This document shows, one piece after another, positions 10,022 to 18,722 of a DNA stretch of 64,000 nt (its first letter is position 1; every line of letters begins with the position of its first letter). The notes under the pieces are model-generated. The model was not told where the DNA came from. It did no database searches and saw only the letters and a program-made list of their open reading frames with translations. The stretch is from Escherichia coli (lineage in GTDB: Bacteria > Pseudomonadota > Gammaproteobacteria > Enterobacterales > Enterobacteriaceae), in the NCBI RefSeq assembly GCF_009931435.1, contig NZ_CP043414.1; one strand, 5' to 3'. The position numbers and the translations under genes are program-made.

Positions 10022-11005
10022 ATGGAAGGTAAGTTAATTTTTTGTTCCGATGCAATACTACGGTTTCAGTCCGATTACGATGAAACCGCTGCCGTTCCAT
10101 TGCTATCCATCCAGAACGTCATAGCCGATACCGATCCGTTCTTTCTTCTCCGTTTCTTCCACCATACCGTTCTGATTGAAGAAGGAACAACGCTGGCAAG
10201 TATCTTTCTGGCAATAGAACCGTGGAAGGCTTTGTTAGCGGCTTATCTGGACAGAGATGTTGGTGCTTATATAGATGAGGTAAGAAAACCGTCCGGGCCA
10301 ACGACATGGGATATTGAATGGATTGGGATTGATCGTCGTAGCATGGTTTACCGCGCTTATAAACGTCAGGAGATGCAGGATGGAGAGGATTTTTCTGACT
10401 ATTTAAACCGGGAACGCGTTCTGACCGATGAATTTGAAATTGAAAGTGGCTGTGAGGCTTCTGGCTACATTAAAGGTGATAAAGAACGCTGGAGCATCAG
10501 TGGTGATGTTCACGAGATAAAGAATCTGCCTGTAATCCTCTATAGCAAACAGACATTGATGACTTCACCGAAAGACGGTTTGCTGAAGAAAAACGTATCG
10601 GGTGTGAAGAGTTCCAAGCACAGTTGCTTCGTTTATGGCGATACCTCGTTTTCATTGAGAGAGGTTATGGAAGCCATCTACATTAGCGGGCTGTTCTTCT
10701 ATGCGCCAAGAGACGCCGCCAGTAGTCTTGATGCGCTGAAAGCGAGTGTGGCTGGACTGGAAGACGAACTGACCGAGGTGCCTGAAACAGAATCGGATAA
10801 TAATGAAACAGATGAAGAACCTACCATCGTCGTAGCCGACGGTGCTTTTGATTCGCTCGCTGCTCACATGGAGTCTGAAAAAGCGGAGTGGCAATACATT
10901 AAGAAGTTGTGCCAGCAAGATAGCGAGCTGCCCATACGTATTGGTAGTATCAGAATAGCTGAGCCTGCGGAGCTATGTATTGGCGGGAAAATCTTACATG
11001 AATAG
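10022..11005 (+). CDS. Hypothetical protein (327 aa) with acidic C-terminal region; higher GC than neighbours
   Basis: Very strong RBS (AGGAGGAGGA) upstream of ATG 10022. Confidence 0.6.
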   Translation: MEGKLIFCSDAILRFQSDYDETAAVPLLSIQNVIADTDPFFLLRFFHHTVLIEEGTTLASIFLAIEPWKALLAAYLDRDVGAYIDEVRKPSGPTTWDIEWIGIDRRSMVYRAYKRQEMQDGEDFSDYLNRERVLTDEFEIESGCEASGYIKGDKERWSISGDVHEIKNLPVILYSKQTLMTSPKDGLLKKNVSGVKSSKHSCFVYGDTSFSLREVMEAIYISGLFFYAPRDAASSLDALKASVAGLEDELTEVPETESDNNETDEEPTIVVADGAFDSLAAHMESEKAEWQYIKKLCQQDSELPIRIGSIRIAEPAELCIGGKILHE

Positions 11006-11171
11006 GTACAGGCAACAGTTAGCATTGTGGTGAAAGGATATGGTGTATGTTTGCTCACTTTTTTGTGTTATCTCCTGATCAACCCTATGTCGACTATGGT
11101 AAAATTCCCAACTTTAACACCAACGTAGCAAGTGTTTTATGAGCGCGTAGTCAACCAGTAAGGACATTGAA

Positions 11172-12089
11172 TTGAACATTAACGCAACACCAGTATTAAT
11201 TACACTTGTCTACGAAGCGCTTTTAAGATCCTTTTGGCGTAAACCCGCACTCAAAAAATTTTTGTTATCGTCGCATATTTCTGAAAGCTTCATTTCAACT
11301 TGGAGAGAAGATGAATCAAAAAGAAATTTTTTAGATCGTTTGTTCCCTAAATTACAAAGTAGTGCAAAAGGAAAAAATGTTATCTGCCATATGGCAGTTA
11401 ATCTTTCTGAACAGACTTCTTTTCCTGATTTAAAAGGCTGGGAAGATTCTCTACAAATGATTCAATCTGCAACTGATGCCATAAAAGATTTAAAAAACTA
11501 TATAACAAAACAAAATGAAGAACATCAGACTGAAAAAGAAAAACAAGAGTTCAGAGCACGAGCAGAAAAAGAGAGAACTGAAATAAAACGCTCTGAGACG
11601 GATTTGATGAAATTAAAGAATGAATTTGAGTGTTTGCATAATGAAATAGGAACTCAAAATGGTGGCTACGCATTTGAAAAGTGGTTTTTTAAACTTGTAG
11701 ACTACTGTGAAATTGTCTGTAAAAAACCATATAAAACTAATGGTAGGCAAGTAGATGGAGCCATAACTATTGAAGGCACTACGTACCTTGTTGAATTAAA
11801 ATTTCAGAAAACACAGGCTGACGCCATCGACATCGACTCATTAAAAGCTAAAGTGAGTAAAATGGCTGATAACACGATGGCTGTAATGATTTCTGTATCA
11901 GGTTATTCCTCTGTTGCCATAACTGAATCATCGGGTAGTCGAACCCCTTTATTATTATTAGATTATAGCCATTTATATTTATTCTTGAGTGGTGGAATGA
12001 GATTTGATGAAATAATTACACGGATAAGACGCCATTCTTCACAAACAGGAGAATCTTACCTATCTGTAAATTCATTTGGTGGATTTTAA
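11172..12089 (+). CDS. Putative nuclease: N-terminal domain plus coiled coil plus C-terminal Mrr-like PD-(D/E)xK restriction-endonuclease fold
   Basis: C-terminal GYAFEKWFF...RQVDGAITIEGTTYLVELKFQK fits the Mrr G-x-x-FE / D / E-x-K pattern; apparent TTG start at 11172 with AGGA 7 nt upstream. Confidence 0.55.
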   Translation: MNINATPVLITLVYEALLRSFWRKPALKKFLLSSHISESFISTWREDESKRNFLDRLFPKLQSSAKGKNVICHMAVNLSEQTSFPDLKGWEDSLQMIQSATDAIKDLKNYITKQNEEHQTEKEKQEFRARAEKERTEIKRSETDLMKLKNEFECLHNEIGTQNGGYAFEKWFFKLVDYCEIVCKKPYKTNGRQVDGAITIEGTTYLVELKFQKTQADAIDIDSLKAKVSKMADNTMAVMISVSGYSSVAITESSGSRTPLLLLDYSHLYLFLSGGMRFDEIITRIRRHSSQTGESYLSVNSFGGF

Positions 12090-12149
12090 ATAAACAATAA
12101 TGCTGTATGAAGTAATCTCAGCATTATTGTTTCCAATAATTAATGTTGG

Positions 12150-12527
12150 TTAATCCATCAAGCCGCGTGAAGTCTTACTTGCAGTATGACGAAAATCATA
12201 ACGTTCCACAACATCACCCTTAAACCAGATATCCAGTGATTTAATATGTGCTGTGCTGCTATTGGTCAACAGAGCAAGGCCCGGTATGTAGTTAGATAGC
12301 TGGCTTTCTCCCGTCATACTTGAGTAGTTCCACATCTCCTGTCCATCATTCGTAGCGCGTGTCTGAGGCTCTCCAAAGGCAGCAAGAATTTCTTGTTGGG
12401 TTGTTTTTCCATTGACGATTTTAACTTTAACCGTCTGATGATTTTCATCAGTTAGGGATTTATTACCATGAACGGTACAGCCACTAAGTGGTAATATGAT
12501 AAAAATAGCAAATAACAATTTTTTCAT
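12150..12527 (-). CDS. Lipoprotein, BamE/SmpA-OmlA-like fold (putative)
   Basis: Lipobox MKKLLFAIFIILPLSGC; GKTTQQEILAAFGEPQ resembles the BamE core motif. Confidence 0.55.
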   Translation of the reverse strand: MKKLLFAIFIILPLSGCTVHGNKSLTDENHQTVKVKIVNGKTTQQEILAAFGEPQTRATNDGQEMWNYSSMTGESQLSNYIPGLALLTNSSTAHIKSLDIWFKGDVVERYDFRHTASKTSRGLMD

Positions 12528-12558
12528 TTTAGTTCCATAAATAGATGATAGATGAGAC

Positions 12559-13032
12559 TCAGAAAACATACTTTTTGAATACCAGCATCCATCGCTCGCA
12601 AAGTTCGTGATTTGAAGTGCTTTTATTTTTTAGGGGAACATTAACTTTCCACATGGGATTTTTAATATCATCGGTTAAAATATTGAGGCCAGACCGTTTA
12701 TTCGCTGAAAGTTGTTCTCTCCAGTTAGCAATAGCCGCATTATTCATACCTCGTAATGTTCCATTGCCGTAAAACTTACCACCCTCTGAAAGCGTGTAAT
12801 TTATTTCCCGGATTTCATCAAAAGTATATGTGCTGTCTTTATCTTTATTGAAAATACGGACAGTATGTTTTTGAGTATCAATTACAATACCTGTCTGCTG
12901 GCATTCATAAGAAAGAATGTCGCCGTCCAGAACTTCCGTAAAGCTGTTGTAGTGCTTTTTCTTCTGTATATCTGCTGCGGTCATGATAATGACGAAGAGC
13001 ACCACTAAAAATACGATACCTGTTGCTTCCAC
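12559..13032 (-). CDS. Membrane-anchored hypothetical protein (N-terminal TM helix)
   Basis: GTG start at 13032 preceded by GGAGGAA RBS gives an N-terminus running straight into a hydrophobic helix (IVFLVVLFVIIMTAA); the ORF track's upstream ATG at 13047 lacks an RBS. Confidence 0.5.
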   Translation of the reverse strand: MEATGIVFLVVLFVIIMTAADIQKKKHYNSFTEVLDGDILSYECQQTGIVIDTQKHTVRIFNKDKDSTYTFDEIREINYTLSEGGKFYGNGTLRGMNNAAIANWREQLSANKRSGLNILTDDIKNPMWKVNVPLKNKSTSNHELCERWMLVFKKYVF

Positions 13033-13166
13033 TCTTACTTCCTCCATGTAAATGAGTTAAAGAGACTGAACCCGCTCACAGAGCTTTGCTTCGTTTTATA
13101 CGTGCTACAGCACCAAACTCATGGCGTCGGTCTCGGCGTTGCAAGGCTATCAGAACTTGAAATTAT

Positions 13167-13392
13167 GATCGATATAAAAGATCGATAATTTGTTATTGAT
13201 AGATAATAACGATTGAAAGCGCGATATCGATCGGTGCTTAATTGTTATTATCGATCGAATATCTATTTATGATAGTTGTAAGCTATCGTGCGGTCGTTTT
13301 TGATCGTTTTAAACGATATGACGAGACGCTAAAAGAATTGAATCCTATCAATTGGTTAAGCGGTGGTTTTGCCATGTGATATCAGCCGGATC
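13167..13392. promoter_or_regulatory. Divergent intergenic region with six GATC (Dam) sites and several short palindromes
   Basis: GATC at 13167, 13180, 13229, 13253, 13302 and 13389 within ~225 bp, between divergently oriented envelope-protein genes. Confidence 0.5.
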
Positions 13393-13464
13393 CCGCAACA
13401 ACTCTAGCCCTGACCGGATTAGGTCAAAAATTTAGGCACTTTGATTATCAGGATGGATAAGCAG

Positions 13465-13995
13465 ATGAAGAAGATTTTACTCGTTGCTGGCGCAGCTCTG
13501 GCACTGGCGGGATGTGGTGAGAAAGGTGAGTTTGAGAAAGCGATTAATGCCAAGATTGGGCAAGACAAATACTGCTTCTCGCTGGATAACAATAACACCA
13601 GCTTCCCTATCCGTCTTGCCAAGCCACTACTTGATTCGACTGGCACAGGGACGAATTCAGTGATCCTCGATGGTTTTATTGAGCAGGGCCTGATGGTTTT
13701 TGAGCAGGGTTATGATTCGAATGTATTAGGGATAACAGAGGAAGGCAAAAAAGCCAAAGTCTGGAGCACAACAGACGGTGCCTGTGTTGGTCGTCGTGCT
13801 GTTGACGATATTAAGGAATGGACTGAGCCGGGCAACGGTAATCAGAAAGTCGTTCGCGTGTCTTATACGTGGAAGCTGGTTGACGTTCCGGGCTGGATTG
13901 ACAAAAAAGCGTTCGCCAACGTCAAAGGAATGAATGAACCTGCTGATGGTGCAATAAATCTCGTTAAAACCAGTAATGGCTGGAGAGCTAACTAA
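13465..13995 (+). CDS. Lipoprotein, hypothetical (176 aa)
   Basis: Signal/lipobox MKKILLVAGAALALAGC. Confidence 0.6.
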   Translation: MKKILLVAGAALALAGCGEKGEFEKAINAKIGQDKYCFSLDNNNTSFPIRLAKPLLDSTGTGTNSVILDGFIEQGLMVFEQGYDSNVLGITEEGKKAKVWSTTDGACVGRRAVDDIKEWTEPGNGNQKVVRVSYTWKLVDVPGWIDKKAFANVKGMNEPADGAINLVKTSNGWRAN

Positions 13996-14087
13996 AAGGA
14001 TGCTGGATCGTTAAATGCCCCTGCTACGCTGTGGAAAGTGACAGAAGGGGCATGAATTGTATTTCATTTAATGTAGTGAATGATATT

Positions 14088-14663
14088 TTATTGTATCGAT
14101 TTGTTAGATACTTTCATCAATTTCTCTTGAATTTTTCTTATTCTTTCAAGTTCTTCAACAATGGGATTTTTCTCGCCTTCACTTTGCATGAAAGGGCTTA
14201 AGTCTATATTGTTTTTTTCAACAACTTCTTTATTCATATAACTGTACGTTGCGGTTATTGTAAATTGTTGTGGTAACGGATTTTTCGATTCTCCAAAAAT
14301 AACCCAACCTTGACCAAGGGCGAAGAATAACTCTTGATTGGGCGCTAAGCTATCAATAGTCGATGTAAAAATACTTGTTTCTTTTAGGTTTTTAGTTGGC
14401 TCATCGAACTGATAAAAATCCTTATCTAATTCTAATTTTACATTCAGGGCTGGTGTCTTACCGCTATTATAAATTTTCAGGTATAGGAATTGCGAGTGAG
14501 GTCTTACCATTGGCTGGATTATTATATAAGGACGAGACATTGCCTCGGTTTGCTCATTCATTATCTGAGCTGTTCGTTCGCTTATTCTCGACATCTTGTA
14601 TGTCAAAAATGCATAAATTCCTGTAATGATAACAAGAATTGCTGTAAGTATTTCCATTGTCAT
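14088..14663 (-). CDS. Single-pass membrane protein, hypothetical (191 aa)
   Basis: AGGAG RBS 6 nt upstream of ATG; N-terminal TM helix ILTAILVIITGIYAFLTY. Confidence 0.6.
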   Translation of the reverse strand: MTMEILTAILVIITGIYAFLTYKMSRISERTAQIMNEQTEAMSRPYIIIQPMVRPHSQFLYLKIYNSGKTPALNVKLELDKDFYQFDEPTKNLKETSIFTSTIDSLAPNQELFFALGQGWVIFGESKNPLPQQFTITATYSYMNKEVVEKNNIDLSPFMQSEGEKNPIVEELERIRKIQEKLMKVSNKSIQ

Positions 14664-14709
14664 GATTAACTCCTAAGTATAATGATTCATACCAGTAAGG
14701 TATAATATT

Positions 14710-15204
14710 TTAACTATTATTGCATTTTTTTCTGTTGAATAGTTGATTATATCCAAGTTCCATTTCTTCAATAAAATCTTCATTAAATGTTGGAAATCCA
14801 CACGCCAGTGGTTCTTTCCCTCGAATTTTGAATAAGTTATAAAGATAACTACTTTCTTTATATGCGACATGAATGGCAGGATATGGCCTATTTTTTATAA
14901 TCTTATTGTTTAGTTCCTTATCATTGATAATGTTATATTGATCCCCCGTTATATCAACTACAATATTATCTATCTCAAGCCAGTAATGGGTTATTTGACT
15001 ATTTTTTCCGGTAGTTGCGCTAACTCCTTTTAGCTCACATTCAGGCCATAGGGTCAGAAAATGGTAAGAAAGAAGCATTGAGGTAAGCTTACAACTCATA
15101 ACAGGAAAACAGTCTATAACAAGACTGGTGTTCTTTTTATCACAACTTTCAATTAATCTACGAAGCTTAACTGCTTCTTCTTTTATTTCGATAATGGTTG
15201 GCAA
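14710..15204 (-). CDS. Hypothetical cytoplasmic protein (164 aa), TTG start
   Basis: AGGGAG RBS 6 nt upstream of TTG 15204; no family recognised; contains one R-x5-H (RPYPAIH), a weak HEPN-like hint only. Confidence 0.5.
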   Translation of the reverse strand: MPTIIEIKEEAVKLRRLIESCDKKNTSLVIDCFPVMSCKLTSMLLSYHFLTLWPECELKGVSATTGKNSQITHYWLEIDNIVVDITGDQYNIINDKELNNKIIKNRPYPAIHVAYKESSYLYNLFKIRGKEPLACGFPTFNEDFIEEMELGYNQLFNRKKCNNS

Positions 15205-15282
15205 GATCAGCTCCCTAACTACATGATGTGCCGAGCATTTAATATATACGATACATAGGTCATTAAAAAGTATGTTCTAAAT

Positions 15283-16764
15283 TTAGTGTTTCTTATGGCT
15301 CGGTGGACTCAGTTTTGGCGCGCTTCCTTGCCTCATGTGTTCTGGTGGCATTGAAGGTGTGAGATTTATGCTTCTATTAACTTCCGGCTGTTCCTGATTA
15401 GGACGGCTTGGTAAACGTTTGATTTCATCAGGTGTTAATTTATAGTCACCATTGTTAAATTTGGTACGTTTTTCAAACTCCGAGCGTGGAACATTGACAC
15501 CCAGCACTTCATCATAGACATAGTTCTCTGCGATACGCTTATCATGGTCAGCATCAATGGTATCGGGTTTCCTTCTGGCCCATACAAATCTCTCTTTGAA
15601 GAAGCCCACCACAAGCAGTGTGAAACGCTTAAACAAACCATTTTGTCGTGGCTTAGTCTGTTTCCTACTTCTCATCGGAGCACGGTTTATCGCTCTGGTG
15701 TTTCGAGAAGAAGGGGTTTCCAGTTTAGTGGATGCAGTTGGTTCAGGAACAATCAGAACGGGAGATTTCTTCCCTGAAATACTTACTTTACTGACCTTAT
15801 TAGGATTACGGTATGATTTTGCTGCTGGTCTTCTGCTTGTAGTTGCTGTTGCCACAATCGGCTGTTGTTCTACTGTTACCGGGTCGTCTGGAAGAACAAT
15901 CTCTTCGGGGTCAGGAAGAATTGTTATCTCAAAGCTTCTGACATCAACAACGATCTCCAGTGGTAGCTCACTGAATGTGGTGTAGACCTTCTTGGCCTCT
16001 TCAATTTGATGATCGCGTTGAGCTTGTTCAACAGATCGCTGTTCCTGAGACTCTTTGTCATTCCATTTAGCACGATGAACACGTTGCATTGCCGGGCGGT
16101 TAGTTTCCGTTGCTTTGGCAAGCCAGAACGCTTTTTCTTCAGCGCTGAATGCTTCTTCTGCCTGAGCAAGGGCATCAGCACATTGAGTTCTGAGAGAACG
16201 GTGATCGATACGTTCTTCACTGCCTGCAGTCTCAAGGTAGCTGTTTGACATCGTGGCCCATGACTCACGCCACTGAACAACCATCTTCTTATCATTCCAG
16301 CTTCTGTCTTTTTTACCGAAGCCTTCGGGACCGATAGTTTTCAGGGTTAACATGACGTGAGCATGGGGATTCTTACCATCTAAATCGTGGAATGCGATAT
16401 CAGCAATCATTCCTTTATCAGCAAAGTTCTTCTGGCAGTATTCGGCAACTAATTTTTTCTTGTCATCATTGCTGAGTTCTACGGGAATAGCGACATCAAA
16501 ATAACGGGCTGTTTGACCATTGTTCTGGCGTTCCACTCTTTCAACTTCATTCCAGAGTGCTGACGAGCTTTCAACAATATGAGCAGGTGCGGAAACAGGG
16601 GCTAATATAATATGACCATGAAGATCTGTTCTGTGGCTGAAATCAAATGTCTCGCCAATGCGATCATCTTTAATACGTGTACGGGCATGGTAGGCAGCTT
16701 TCGCAACAGAAGTCATGCCTTCGCTTCGTTTCACAATTTTAAAATCCAGATGAAAAATCGCCAT
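15283..16764 (-). CDS. mobA: MobA/MobL-family (MOBQ) conjugative relaxase
   Basis: N-terminus MAIFHLDFKIVKRS...AKAAYHAR with candidate catalytic Tyr; three-His motif HDLDGKNPHAHVML (H-x-D-x4-N-x-H-x-H). Confidence 0.85.
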   Translation of the reverse strand: MAIFHLDFKIVKRSEGMTSVAKAAYHARTRIKDDRIGETFDFSHRTDLHGHIILAPVSAPAHIVESSSALWNEVERVERQNNGQTARYFDVAIPVELSNDDKKKLVAEYCQKNFADKGMIADIAFHDLDGKNPHAHVMLTLKTIGPEGFGKKDRSWNDKKMVVQWRESWATMSNSYLETAGSEERIDHRSLRTQCADALAQAEEAFSAEEKAFWLAKATETNRPAMQRVHRAKWNDKESQEQRSVEQAQRDHQIEEAKKVYTTFSELPLEIVVDVRSFEITILPDPEEIVLPDDPVTVEQQPIVATATTSRRPAAKSYRNPNKVSKVSISGKKSPVLIVPEPTASTKLETPSSRNTRAINRAPMRSRKQTKPRQNGLFKRFTLLVVGFFKERFVWARRKPDTIDADHDKRIAENYVYDEVLGVNVPRSEFEKRTKFNNGDYKLTPDEIKRLPSRPNQEQPEVNRSINLTPSMPPEHMRQGSAPKLSPPSHKKH

Positions 16765-17409
16765 TAAAAATATAACCTCAAATAAAAGTAATGCTGTTAG
16801 TTTTTCGTAAGAAAAACTTCGGGGTTGACGTTGACCTTGGTTTTACTTTTAGCCTGCGGCAGCAACCGTCGGTAGACCCCACACACTGCGTAGCAGTGTA
16901 TAGGTGGGCATTGTCTTTAAGAAAATAAGCCAATGTAAAATGCCCCTCTTATTAATTAATACGAAATATATGTATGGTTGTAAAATAATACGCCGGAATA
17001 AGCGGCGCAAACTGGATTAAAGGTGTAGGTTTCACGTCCACAGAACAAAAAGAGTAAAGAAAAGGCCCGTAAGGGCAAAAGAAATATTAATTATTCCCGC
17101 CGTAAGGCGGGATAGCTAAATTTGATGGAAAAAAACCAATAAAACAGAGAGTGTTATGTGTTGCACAATTCACAGGTTGAGATTGGAAAATAGAGTTTAA
17201 AATTGACAGGTGAAAATAAAAGCACAAATGCGCAAAAATAAGTAACGCGGAGAGTGCCAGATGTTTTTGGTTAGTGAATACTATCATATGCGTTGCACAT
17301 ATTTATAAAGAAATGTATCAGAATCATTCTCTCTGACAAAACAGACTAAATTTGACGTTATTTATCTTTGTGATAATTAAAATAAGATATAATAATAGAA
17401 GGAGGTAGT
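16765..17409. other. Candidate oriT region between divergent relaxase and mobC-like genes
   Basis: Hairpin acactgc-gta-gcagtgt at 16883-16899; two GTAA(G)-loop hairpins (gccc-gtaa-gggc, cccgcc-gtaa-ggcggg) at 17064-17108; geometry mirrors RSF1010 mobC-oriT-mobA. Confidence 0.4.
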
Positions 17410-17715
17410 ATGGATAATGAAAGTAAAAGACCAAGAACAGAAAAAACATTAAAGCAAAAGGTTGCTTTTGCTCAGCTTGAACTTAATCGTCTTAAGTCTC
17501 TGGAAAAATCAGAGCGAAAGAAAGTTGAAACAAGACTCAAGATTATACTTGGTGCGGAAGTGGCTAAGGCTATGAATTGTAGTGTCGAACAGGTGGATAA
17601 AGAGCTTGTTATGGGGATTTTGCTTTCAGCATCTGACCTGAATGATATTGAAAAAATAACATATATAAAAGCAGGCAGTAAGTTTCTCGCGCAAATGGAG
17701 GGAAGACAAAAATAA
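17410..17715 (+). CDS. MobC-like relaxase accessory protein (putative)
   Basis: 101-aa charged coiled-coil protein transcribed divergently from the relaxase; assignment is by position and size only. Confidence 0.35.
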   Translation: MDNESKRPRTEKTLKQKVAFAQLELNRLKSLEKSERKKVETRLKIILGAEVAKAMNCSVEQVDKELVMGILLSASDLNDIEKITYIKAGSKFLAQMEGRQK

Positions 17716-17976
17716 TAATATTTAAATTTATTTTGATTCAGGTATTGATATCTGATTATTATCTGTTATCTATATAAAAGAACAGAACGCAGGATCATCC
17801 TTTATTAATATTTTTTCCTTTTCAATCATGCGTTCTGTTCGACCAGTAATCTGTTAATTTTTATCTTTATGTAGTGAACGTTATTATTACTTTTTTATCA
17901 GATATGATAAATATCCCATGAGGAAGTAATAATAACAGTAGTAGTGATAACAAATGTTGTTTTTAAATCTCCCGGA

Positions 17977-18002
17977 AGGCAAAGAGAAATCTTTGCCTTT
18001 TT
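17977..18002 (+). terminator. Rho-independent terminator (ggcaaaga-gaaa-tctttgcc + TTTTTT)
   Basis: Perfect 8-bp stem, tetraloop and U-tract, about 110 bp upstream of pilS. Confidence 0.6.
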
Positions 18003-18112
18003 TAATTCATCCGTCTGTCAGATAGAATTAAATATATCTTTCTATTTCTATTGCCAGATATGAGAGAAGCGTTATAACAGGAGTTATCATTAAAACAAAA
18101 AAGGAGATGATA

Positions 18113-18670
18113 ATGGTTTTATTAAATAACAAAAGAAAAGGCAAGAAAGGTTTCTCACTACTCGAGCTATTACTTGTTTTAGGCATCATTGCTGCATTAG
18201 TGGTAGCGGCTTTTATCGTTTATCCCAAGGTTCAGGCTTCACAAAGAGCACAGGCCGAATCCAATAACATTGCCACCATACAGGCAGGTGTTAAAGCGTT
18301 ATACACATCGGCTTCAAGTTTTACTGGCCTGACAAATACTGTGGCTGTTCAGGCAAAAATCTTCCCTGACAATATGTTAAGTGGGTCAGGAACGGCTGCT
18401 AAACCCATCAATGCCTTTAAAGGTAATGTGACGCTGGCTGCTACAGCTACAGGACCATCATCAGCGGCTGGCTCTTCTTTCACTATCACATACGATAATG
18501 TGCCAGCAGCGGAATGTGTGAAGATTGCGACAGCGGCAGCAGGTAATTTCTACATTACCACGGTTGGAACCAAGGTTGTTAAAGCCGCAAGAGGAACACT
18601 TGATGTGGCAGCTACGGCAGCGGCCTGTAATAACGCCACAAGTAATACATTAGTTTTCACGTCTATCTAA
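18113..18670 (+). CDS. pilS: Type IV prepilin, PilS-like major pilin (type IVb, IncI-thin-pilus-like)
   Basis: Long basic leader then G-FSLLELLLVLGIIA (prepilin peptidase motif with Glu+5); AAGGAG RBS 6 nt upstream of ATG 18113. Confidence 0.75.
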   Translation: MVLLNNKRKGKKGFSLLELLLVLGIIAALVVAAFIVYPKVQASQRAQAESNNIATIQAGVKALYTSASSFTGLTNTVAVQAKIFPDNMLSGSGTAAKPINAFKGNVTLAATATGPSSAAGSSFTITYDNVPAAECVKIATAAAGNFYITTVGTKVVKAARGTLDVAATAAACNNATSNTLVFTSI

Positions 18671-18722
18671 TGAAGAGGGCGCAGGCCCTTTTCTTTCTTA
18701 TTGCTAAAACAGGGAGATAATT

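Noticed and set aside
15924-16295. Nested ORFs inside the relaxase gene (123 aa minus strand, 80 aa plus strand)
   Set aside because: Fully contained in the relaxase coding region in other frames; no independent start signals.
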